Shown one piece after another: positions 1 through 7,592 of a stretch of 64,000 bases of DNA (its first letter is position 1; each line of letters begins with the position of its first letter). The notes beneath the pieces were generated by a model. It was not told where the DNA came from and searched no databases. It worked only from the letters and a program-made list of their open reading frames with translations. The translations under genes were made by a program, and so were the position numbers. The DNA is from Gulosibacter sp. 10 (GTDB taxonomy: Bacteria; Actinomycetota; Actinomycetes; Actinomycetales; Microbacteriaceae). The stretch covers positions 30,807 to 94,806 of the forward strand of contig NZ_FUIC01000027.1 of assembly GCF_900163695.1 (NCBI RefSeq), written 5' to 3'.

Positions 1-2
1 TC

Positions 3-545
3 GTGCTGCCGCCCGTGTACCAGGGGTTCGGCGGCGACCACGCGCGATACCCGTGGTCGATCATGATGCCGGGCGGCGAGGGGATCGCCGGTCACGTGCT
101 GGCGACGCTCGAACGGCTCGACGCGCTCGGCGTGCGCCGCGCCGTGCTCTTCAGCGGCCACTGCGCGCACGAGCAGCTCGAGCTGATCGACGACCTCGAG
201 CGGCGCTGGTCCGGGCTGACCGGCCGCGCGCTCGAGCTGACGGCCACCTCCGTGGACCGATGCGCATCGACGCCGATCGCGCCCGACCACGCGGGGCGCT
301 TCGAGACGACGCTGCTGGCCGGCATCGATCCCGGACTCGTCCATCTCGATCGGCTCCCGCGCGGCGCGGCGCCCGATCCCGACGAGGACCCGTACGGTGA
401 GAGCCGGTTCGCGCCGGGCCATCCGCTCCGGGGCATCCTCGGGGAGGACCCGCGGGACGCCGACCTCGCGGAGGGAGCGGCGCTGCTCGAACGGCTCGGC
501 GCCTGGCTCGCCGACATCGCGGAGCACGGAGGAGGAGCGGGATGA
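3..545 (+). CDS. creatininase-family (creatinine amidohydrolase/MftE-like) protein, 5'-truncated by window edge
   Basis: ORF runs from the window start to a stop at 545 (180 aa). Family assignment is by weak recall of creatininase-type C-terminal motifs. Coherent non-Arg-rich composition. Confidence 0.4.
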   Translation: MLPPVYQGFGGDHARYPWSIMMPGGEGIAGHVLATLERLDALGVRRAVLFSGHCAHEQLELIDDLERRWSGLTGRALELTATSVDRCASTPIAPDHAGRFETTLLAGIDPGLVHLDRLPRGAAPDPDEDPYGESRFAPGHPLRGILGEDPRDADLAEGAALLERLGAWLADIAEHGGGAG

Positions 546-1321
546 CGACCTGGGCGAGGTATCCGTACGAGGGGCGCGCCGTGCTGATCACGGGCGGCGG
601 CTCGGGGATCGGCAGGGCGATCGCCCGCGCCTTCCTCGAGCAGGGCGCGACCGTGGCCGTCTGCGGGCGGCGGCGCGAGCCGCTCGAGGAGACGCTCGCC
701 GGCGCCGAGGCCGGCCGCGGCATCGCGCTGGTCGGCGACATGGCCGAGGCGGACGAGATCGAGCGGGTGGTCGGCGAGGCGCGGGAGGCGCTCGGCGGCA
801 TCGACGTCGTGATCGCCAACGCGGGGCTCTCGGAGCCGGGCACCATCGAGGACCTCGACGAGGCCTCCTGGGAGCGGATGCGGTCGATCAACCTCGACGG
901 CCTCATCCGCCTCGCCCGGGCGACGGTCGGCGAGCTCCGCCGCACGAGCGGCGCGTTCATCGCCGTCTCGTCGATCGCCGGGCTCGGCGGAGACTGGAAC
1001 CAGACCGGCTACAACGCGACCAAGGGCGCCGTGAACACGCTCGTCCAGTCGATGGCGCTCGACCTCGGGCGCGACGGCGTGCGGGTGAACGCGATCGCGC
1101 CGGGTTTCACTACGACGAAGCAGACGCGGGAGCGGCTCGAGGATCCGGTGTTCTGGGAGCGGCTGCGCGACCGGCTCGCGCTCGATCGTGCCGGCGTGCC
1201 GGAGGACGTCGCGAAGGCCGCGCTCTTCCTCGCGAGCCCGGACGCGTCGTACATCACCGGCGCGGTGCTGCCGGTGGACGGCGGCGTCACCGCCTCCTGC
1301 GGCACGCCCCGCCCGCTCTGA
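542..1321 (+). CDS. SDR family NAD(P)-dependent oxidoreductase
   Basis: 259 aa. N-terminal TGGGSGIGRAIA Rossmann motif and NAG / YxxxK-type SDR motifs (YNATKGAV). ATGA overlap with the upstream ORF. Confidence 0.85.
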   Translation: MTTWARYPYEGRAVLITGGGSGIGRAIARAFLEQGATVAVCGRRREPLEETLAGAEAGRGIALVGDMAEADEIERVVGEAREALGGIDVVIANAGLSEPGTIEDLDEASWERMRSINLDGLIRLARATVGELRRTSGAFIAVSSIAGLGGDWNQTGYNATKGAVNTLVQSMALDLGRDGVRVNAIAPGFTTTKQTRERLEDPVFWERLRDRLALDRAGVPEDVAKAALFLASPDASYITGAVLPVDGGVTASCGTPRPL

Positions 1322-1332
1322 GGACGATCGCC

Positions 1333-1953
1333 ATGGCACATGCGACCGTCCGAAACGCCTACTCCGCCCGCGCCGAGGAGTACGTGCAGGCGCTCGGCTC
1401 GATCGAGGCGACGGCGGAGGCCGACCGGGCGCTCATCCGGGGGTGGGCCCGCGGCGTCGACGGCCGCATCCTCGACGTCGGCTGCGGACCCGGCCACTGG
1501 ACGGCGCTGCTCGAGGCCGACGGCGCCGAGATCGAGGGCGTCGACCCGGTGCCCGACTTCGTGGAATCGGCCCGCGCCCGCCATCCGGGGGTCCGCTACC
1601 GGCTCGGCCGCGCCGAGCGGCTGGACGCCGAGGACGGCGGCCTCGCCGGCATCCTCGCCTGGTACTCGCTCATCCACATCGAGCCCGAGCGGCTGGGCGC
1701 CGCGATCGACGAGTTCGCGCGGGCGCTGCGTCCCGGCGGCGGCCTGCTGCTCGGGTTCTTCGAGGGCCCCGCCGTCGAGGCCTTCGATCACGCGGTGACC
1801 ACCGCCTACCGCTGGCCGGTGCCCGCCCTCGAGGCCGTGCTGGCGGAGCGCGGGTTCGCCGTGACGGCCCGCGAGACGAGGGCCGATCCGGGCGCCCGCC
1901 CCCACGGGGCGATCACGGCCGTTCGGGCCGCGGGGGAGGCCAACCTCCCGTAG
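1333..1953 (+). CDS. class I SAM-dependent methyltransferase
   Basis: In-frame ATG at 1333 inside the long artefactual 397..1953 ORF. Motif I LDVGCGPGHWT and the Glu-acidic motif are present. Product about 206 aa. Confidence 0.8.
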   Translation: MAHATVRNAYSARAEEYVQALGSIEATAEADRALIRGWARGVDGRILDVGCGPGHWTALLEADGAEIEGVDPVPDFVESARARHPGVRYRLGRAERLDAEDGGLAGILAWYSLIHIEPERLGAAIDEFARALRPGGGLLLGFFEGPAVEAFDHAVTTAYRWPVPALEAVLAERGFAVTARETRADPGARPHGAITAVRAAGEANLP

Positions 1954-1995
1954 CATTGCTGAGGCACCGCACGCATCGACTTGAGAAGGCAGCGC

Positions 1996-3417
1996 ATGAA
2001 ATTCGTCTCGACCCGTGGCCGGATGACCCCGGCCGGCTTCTCCGACGTCCTCCTCGACGGCCTCGCCTCCGACGGCGGGCTCGTGGTGCCGAGCGAGATC
2101 CCCGCCATCCCGGCCGAGCGGCTCGAGGAATGGCGCGCGCTGCGCTACCCCGAGCTCGCCCTCGAGATCATCGGGCTGTACGCGACGGACATCCCGCGGG
2201 AGGACCTCGAGCGGATCGTGCGGGCGGCGTACTCCGCCGAGCGGTTCGCCGCGCCCGAGACGGTGCCCGTGACCGACCTCGACGAGCGCATCTCGCTCGT
2301 GGGGCTCTCGGAGGGGCCGACCATGGCCTTCAAGGACCTCGCGATGCAGTTCCTCGGCGAGGTCATGCCGTACGTGCTGCAGCGCGCCGGACGCACCCTG
2401 AACATCCTCGGCGCGACCTCGGGCGACACCGGCTCGGCCGCCGAGCACGCGTTCAACGGCAAGGAGAACATCCGCGTCTTCATGCTCTCGCCGCAGGGGC
2501 GGATGAGCGCGGTGCAGCGCGCGCAGATGTACAGCCTCGACGACGAGAACATCCACAACATCGCCGTGGACGGCAACTTCGACGACTGCCAGAACCTCGT
2601 CAAGGCGATCAACGCCGATGCGGAGTTCAAGGCCTCCCACACGATCGGCGCCGTCAACTCGATCAACTTCGGCCGCATCTGCGCGCAGATCGTCTACTAC
2701 TTCTGGGCCTGGCTGCGGGCGACCGACGACGAATCCCGCCGCGAGGCGCCCGTCTCGTTCGCGGTGCCCTCCGGCAACTTCGGCAACATCTTCGCCGGCC
2801 ACCTCGCGCGGCGCATGGGGCTGCCCGTGCACCGCCTCGTGCTCGCGACGAATGAGAACAACGTGCTCGACGAGTTCTTCCGCACCGGCGTCTACCGGCC
2901 GCGCTCGCGCGAGCTCACCCTCGCGACGAGCAGCCCGTCCATGGACATCTCGAAGGCCTCGAACCTCGAGCGGTTCGTGCGCGAGCTCTTCGGCGAGGAC
3001 GCGGAGGGCTTCGCCGAGCGCTGGGCGGAGCTCGACCGCGAGGGCGTGCTCGACCTCTCGGATCAGCGCGAGGCGCTCGAGCGCGAGCACGGCTTCCTCA
3101 GCGGCACGAGCACCCACTGGGACCGGGTGAACACCATCCGGGCCGAGTTCGAGGCGAACGGGGTGATCGTCGACCCGCACACGGCCGACGGCCTCGCCGT
3201 GGCGCGCCGGCTGACCGACCTGCCCGGCCGCATCCTCGTGCTCGAGACGGCGAAGCCCGAGAAGTTCCGCGAGACGATCGAGGAGGCGCTCGGGGACCGG
3301 ACCCCGCCGCTGTCCGCGGAGCTGCTCGAGCTGCTCGAGCGGCCGCAGCGCACCGTGGACATCGAGAACTCGGCGGAGCAGCTGCGCGACTACATCGACG
3401 CGGCCTGCGAGCAGTAG
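1996..3417 (+). CDS. thrC: threonine synthase
   Basis: N-terminal MKFVSTRG signature typical of ThrC. PLP-fold residues (SGNFGN, TSGDTG). Start taken at the MKF methionine, index 5 of the listed ORF. Confidence 0.9.
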   Translation: MKFVSTRGRMTPAGFSDVLLDGLASDGGLVVPSEIPAIPAERLEEWRALRYPELALEIIGLYATDIPREDLERIVRAAYSAERFAAPETVPVTDLDERISLVGLSEGPTMAFKDLAMQFLGEVMPYVLQRAGRTLNILGATSGDTGSAAEHAFNGKENIRVFMLSPQGRMSAVQRAQMYSLDDENIHNIAVDGNFDDCQNLVKAINADAEFKASHTIGAVNSINFGRICAQIVYYFWAWLRATDDESRREAPVSFAVPSGNFGNIFAGHLARRMGLPVHRLVLATNENNVLDEFFRTGVYRPRSRELTLATSSPSMDISKASNLERFVRELFGEDAEGFAERWAELDREGVLDLSDQREALEREHGFLSGTSTHWDRVNTIRAEFEANGVIVDPHTADGLAVARRLTDLPGRILVLETAKPEKFRETIEEALGDRTPPLSAELLELLERPQRTVDIENSAEQLRDYIDAACEQ

Positions 3418-3447
3418 CCCGCCGGCAGCCCCGGCACGGCGACGCCG

Positions 3448-3490
3448 AAGGGGCCGGGACGTGAGAACCTCTCTCGCGTCCCGGCCCTTT
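3448..3490. terminator. GC-rich hairpin (14-bp stem AAGGGGCCGGGACG / CGTCCCGGCCCTTT) between convergent thrC and MFS genes
   Basis: Near-perfect inverted repeat seen directly. Followed by TTT on the + strand. Sits in the 86-bp convergent gap, consistent with a bidirectional terminator. Confidence 0.5.
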
Positions 3491-3503
3491 CGGCCTCTCG
3501 GGC

Positions 3504-4712
3504 TCAGGCCGTGGCAGGCGCGGCGGCGGCCCGGCGCTTCGGCGCCCACATGACGTACACCGAGGCGATGATCGAGACGACGAGCACGCACACGCTCACG
3601 ATGAGCATCGAGGTGAACTGGCCGCCCGAGCCGTCGATGAGGCCTCCGGCCACGAGCGGGCCGATCGCGAGTCCCGTGCCGATCATCAGGTTGGCCGCGT
3701 TCATGCCCTGCGGGCCGCCGACCTTCGAGACCGCCGACATGAGGAACGGCAGCAGCCAGCTCCACGCGAACTTGAACATCATCGCGGAGATGGCGAACAC
3801 GAACGCGGGCACGCCGCCGAGGAGCAGGAGGATGCTCGAGATCATCAGCCCGTAGCCGATGAGCACGAACCAGCGGTACAGCCTGTGCTCGCCGACGATC
3901 GTCGTGAGGAGCGCGGAGACCACGCCCACGAGCGTCGCGAGCGACAGCATCGTGGAGGCCTCGTCGAGGGTCGTGCCTCCGGCCACGGCCACGTCGGCCA
4001 TGTACGTCCACACGCCGCTGAGGCCGATGTAGAAGGTGAGCAGCGCGGCCATGCCGCCCAGGAGCGGGCCGATCTGCAGCGAGCCCGTGGCGGCCGGGGC
4101 CTCGGGCCGCGGCTCGCCGGCGGTCTCGGCCGAGGACCGGCCGCGGCGCAGCTCGTCGCCGCGGAGCAGCCAGGCGGCGGGGATGATGAGCACGCACAGC
4201 ACCACGAGCGTCCAGTAGATCGCCGAGACCGGCTGCGCCGAGAACAGCGCGGGGAAGATCGCGAGGATGAGCGCCCCCATCGCGAGCTGGGAGGCGACGA
4301 ACACCCCGTAGGCGCGACTGGGGTTCGCGGTCTTCGCGCTGATCGACAGCACGATCACCATCACCGAGCCGGCGCCCAGCGCGGTGAGCCCGCGGATCAC
4401 GACGAGCAGCGCGTAGCTGTCGATCATCGCGGTCACGGCGTTGCCGAGGATGACGATGCCGAGGCAGATGAGGCTGACGACCCGGAGGTCGGTGTTCCTC
4501 AGCCAGAGGAAGGCGGGGATGGTGGCGAGGCTGAAGCAGCCGAGCTCCACCGAGAACACGGCGCCCACCTGGAGGGCGTCGAGCGAGAACTGCTCGCCGA
4601 GCTTGGTCGCGATGACGGGCGCGACGAGCAGTACTGCGTTGAACACCGCGGAGAAGGCGGCGATGTAGCCGTAGGCCCTCCGGTCGGAGAGGCGGGGAGC
4701 GGTAGTGGTCAT
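3504..4712 (-). CDS. MFS transporter
   Basis: 402 aa, about 12 predicted hydrophobic helices. Typical MFS composition. Immediately downstream (11-nt gap) of the amidohydrolase gene on the same strand. Confidence 0.8.
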   Translation of the reverse strand: MTTTAPRLSDRRAYGYIAAFSAVFNAVLLVAPVIATKLGEQFSLDALQVGAVFSVELGCFSLATIPAFLWLRNTDLRVVSLICLGIVILGNAVTAMIDSYALLVVIRGLTALGAGSVMVIVLSISAKTANPSRAYGVFVASQLAMGALILAIFPALFSAQPVSAIYWTLVVLCVLIIPAAWLLRGDELRRGRSSAETAGEPRPEAPAATGSLQIGPLLGGMAALLTFYIGLSGVWTYMADVAVAGGTTLDEASTMLSLATLVGVVSALLTTIVGEHRLYRWFVLIGYGLMISSILLLLGGVPAFVFAISAMMFKFAWSWLLPFLMSAVSKVGGPQGMNAANLMIGTGLAIGPLVAGGLIDGSGGQFTSMLIVSVCVLVVSIIASVYVMWAPKRRAAAAPATA

Positions 4713-4722
4713 GGGAGAACTC

Positions 4723-6357
4723 CTAGGAGCGGTCGAAGACCTTCTCGCCCGCGAACCAGGTCTGCAGCGCCTGCGCCTGCAGCAGTTCGTCGAGTTCGCA
4801 GGTCATGGGGTCGAAGTCGAGCACGAGGAAGTCGGCGGACTTGCCGACGCTGATGCTGCCCGTGACGTCGTCGATGCCGAGCGCGCGGGCGGGGTTGATG
4901 GTGGCGAACTCGAGCGCCTCCTGGCGGGTGACCGCCTGCTCGGGCCAGAGGGCGCCGGGCATCGTGCGGGTCGGGTCCTGCCGGGTGATGAGCGAGTAGA
5001 TGGCGGGCCACGGGTCGGGGGAGACCGCCACGGGCCAGTCGGAGCCGGCAGCCACGAGCGCGCCGTGGTCCAGCAGGTCCCGGTTCGGCTGCACCTTGGC
5101 CGCCCGCTCGGCGGGCATCACGGATTTGAAGGACTCGGTGATGACGTTCGGGTACCAGAGCGCCGGGCTGATATCCGCGACGACGCCGAGCTCGCGGAAG
5201 CGGGGCAGATCGGAGGGCTCGATGAACTGCCCGTGGGCGATGTGATAGATCGGCTCGTGGTATCCCGCCCGGCGCACCTGCTCGACGGCGTCGAGCACGG
5301 CGCGCGCCGAGGCGTCGCCGGTGGCGTGGATCTTCGCGGAGATGCCGCGCTCGGCGGTCCTGAGCAGCCAGGACGCGAGGTCCTCCTGCGGCATCGTCAT
5401 GTAGCCGAAGTTGCAGTCCGAGCATCCCGAGTCGTCGAGATAGGGCTCGAGGAAGGCCGCCGTCTTCGCGGGCGGGACGCCGTCGAGGAAGATCTTGATG
5501 AAGTCGGGCCGGTGATGCGTGCTGCGGGTCTCCTCCATCGCGAAGATCACCTCCTCGCCGATGGGCTCGATGCCGAAGATGAACTCCTCGACCGGGCTCG
5601 CCGTGACCACCCAGGCCTTGAGCCGGCCGCGCTCGTCGAGCGACTGCAGCGCCTGCTGGGTCTGGAAGGAGGTCGCGGCGTCCTGGAAGGCGGTGATGCC
5701 GTAGCCGTGCAGCATCTCGATGGCCCGCTCGGAGGAGCGCTCGAGATCCTCGGACGAGAAGGGGGCGATGCGCTCGCGCGCCTTCTCGACCATCATGCCG
5801 CCGGCCTCGTAGAGGATGCCGGTCGCGCGGCCCTCCGCGTCGCGGGCGATCGAGCCGCCGCGGGGGTCGGGCGTGCCGTCGCCGATGCCGGCGATCTCGA
5901 GCGCGAGGCTGTTGGCCCAGCGGTTGTGCAGGCTGTCGTCGGTGAGCACGGCCGGATGGCCGTGGGCGACCTCGTCGAACCGGCGGAGCGCCTCGGGGGA
6001 GTCGAGCTCGGGGAAGAGCCCGGAGCCGACGGAGCCGCCGGTGATCCACGCGCCCTCGGGAAGCTCGCGGGCGTAGGCCTCGACGGCCTCGAACAGTGCC
6101 TCGGCCCCGAGCGTGGGGGCGGCCTTGAACTCGAAGAGGTCCTTGCGGCCGGCGATCATGTGGTGGTTGTGCACGTCGATGAGGCCGGGGATGACGGTGC
6201 GGCCGAGCAGGTCGACCCGTTCGTGGATGTCGGTCAGCCCGGCGACCTCGTCCTCGCCCACGGCGACGATGCGGCCGTCGCGGACGGCGAAGGTTGATGC
6301 GGTCGGCCGGTGCGCCTCGAGCGTGCGCACCGTTCCGTTCTCGAAAACTGTGGTCAT
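4723..6357 (-). CDS. amidohydrolase family metal-dependent hydrolase
   Basis: Amidohydrolase-3-like motifs (IPGLIDVHNHH near the N-terminus, HATGD, SDWPV). Start placed at the internal Met (MTTVFENG) because it is preceded by GAGGAA. The track ORF extends to 6414. Confidence 0.8.
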   Translation of the reverse strand: MTTVFENGTVRTLEAHRPTASTFAVRDGRIVAVGEDEVAGLTDIHERVDLLGRTVIPGLIDVHNHHMIAGRKDLFEFKAAPTLGAEALFEAVEAYARELPEGAWITGGSVGSGLFPELDSPEALRRFDEVAHGHPAVLTDDSLHNRWANSLALEIAGIGDGTPDPRGGSIARDAEGRATGILYEAGGMMVEKARERIAPFSSEDLERSSERAIEMLHGYGITAFQDAATSFQTQQALQSLDERGRLKAWVVTASPVEEFIFGIEPIGEEVIFAMEETRSTHHRPDFIKIFLDGVPPAKTAAFLEPYLDDSGCSDCNFGYMTMPQEDLASWLLRTAERGISAKIHATGDASARAVLDAVEQVRRAGYHEPIYHIAHGQFIEPSDLPRFRELGVVADISPALWYPNVITESFKSVMPAERAAKVQPNRDLLDHGALVAAGSDWPVAVSPDPWPAIYSLITRQDPTRTMPGALWPEQAVTRQEALEFATINPARALGIDDVTGSISVGKSADFLVLDFDPMTCELDELLQAQALQTWFAGEKVFDRS

Positions 6358-6625
6358 TGGTGTTCCTCGATGAGTGCGGATAGCGGCTGGTCGGCGCCGA
6401 GGCGCATCCGTCATGCGGAGCCTCGGAGCGAGCGTGCGTTGTGTCTACTAGTGGTTTACGAATGCTCCCATCAGTTGCTAACTGTTGGGGCCACCCTAGG
6501 CCGGACGGCGGGCGTCGGGAATACGGATGCGAATTCCAGACTCGCCGTCTGGTGATCGGAATCAGTGTTCGAATTCCGGATGCGCCCATCGCGCCCGCGA
6601 CTCGGGGCCGCGCGCGGCGCGCGCG

Positions 6626-7399
6626 TCAGGCGGGGAAGGAGGAGCGCCCGGTGTAGCCGAAGTCGGAGAGCAGGTTGACCCCGTTGACGGCTCGCGAGCG
6701 GGGGGATGCGAGATAGGCCACGCTCCACGCGATGTCCTCGGCGCTCTGCACCGGGTAGTCGACGTGCTCGAAGGACTCGACGCCGAGACCCTCTCTGGCC
6801 AGCGGCGTGTCGACGATGGAGGGGCAGACGCTGTTGACGCGGATGCCGTGCGCGTCGTGCAGCTCGACGGCCAGGGCCCTGGTGAGCTGGACCAGCGCGC
6901 CCTTGGAGGCGTTGTAGGCGAGCATCCCCGGCACGGAGACGAATCCCGAGTCGGAGCCGATCAGGACGACGCTGCCACAGGGCGACTCCTTGAGGAACGG
7001 GATCGCGGTCCGCACGGCGACGAACGCGCCCACGACGTTGACGTCGAGCACCTCGCGGAAGGAGTCCGTCGTGACCTCCTCGCAGGCGGCGCCCATCTCG
7101 CCGTCGATGCCGGCGGAGCAGACGAGCAGATCGATGCCGCCGAGCTCGTCGCCGAGATCGCGGACGGCCGCCGTCAGGGCGGACTCGTCGCCGACGTCGG
7201 CGGCTGCGGTGCGCACGTCCCCGGGCTCCCCGGCCAGCTCGGCCCGCGCGCGGGCGAGCCGTTCGTCGCTCCGTCCGATGATGCCCACGACGGCGCCCTC
7301 CGCGGCGTAGTGCCGGGCGACCGCCAGGCCGATGCCGGAGGAGCCGCCGGTCACGACGATGCGGCTCGGGGCGGTGGTGGTGTTCGCGAGTTCTGCCAT
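6626..7399 (-). CDS. SDR family oxidoreductase
   Basis: Start at Met index 96 of the track ORF (MAELANTT...) with an AAAGAGG RBS. The region upstream of that in the ORF is junk-like. TGGSSGIG and YNASKGAL SDR motifs. Confidence 0.8.
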   Translation of the reverse strand: MAELANTTTAPSRIVVTGGSSGIGLAVARHYAAEGAVVGIIGRSDERLARARAELAGEPGDVRTAAADVGDESALTAAVRDLGDELGGIDLLVCSAGIDGEMGAACEEVTTDSFREVLDVNVVGAFVAVRTAIPFLKESPCGSVVLIGSDSGFVSVPGMLAYNASKGALVQLTRALAVELHDAHGIRVNSVCPSIVDTPLAREGLGVESFEHVDYPVQSAEDIAWSVAYLASPRSRAVNGVNLLSDFGYTGRSSFPA

Positions 7400-7592
7400 C
7401 GGTCGGGCCTCTTTCTCGAATGCGTCCTCGTTGACGCGGATACCGTACCCACGTCCGGCGGGGGAAAAGGAATACGAGTTCATTGACCAGACTCCGAGTC
7501 TGATGAATAGACTCGTCTTCCGGACATCGGTCTCCGGGAACAGGATGGGTCCACGCCAGAAACGCTCGCGAAGGCTCCCGAAAGGAACCAGC

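Noticed and set aside
92-1339. 415-aa minus-strand ORF, plus overlapping 269-aa (151..960) and 115-aa ORFs, at the left edge
   Set aside because: Arg/Ser/Ala/Pro-rich low-complexity translations antisense to well-supported SDR and creatininase-like genes. Typical high-GC frame artefacts.
1009-4197. 1062-aa minus-strand ORF and the 555-aa +ORF 1188..2855
   Set aside because: Antisense or alternate-frame over the methyltransferase and thrC genes. Arg/Gly/Asp-rich with no motifs.
4705-6589. 530-aa +ORF and 626-aa -ORF overlapping the amidohydrolase
   Set aside because: Alternate frames of the amidohydrolase gene, dominated by Arg/Gly/Asp runs. The amidohydrolase frame has clear catalytic motifs.
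6566-6590. Possible tRNA (GTTCGAATTCC T-loop-like string)
   Set aside because: No acceptor/D/anticodon arms can be formed and no CCA end. Retained only as a tRNA-3'-end-like fragment in a finding.
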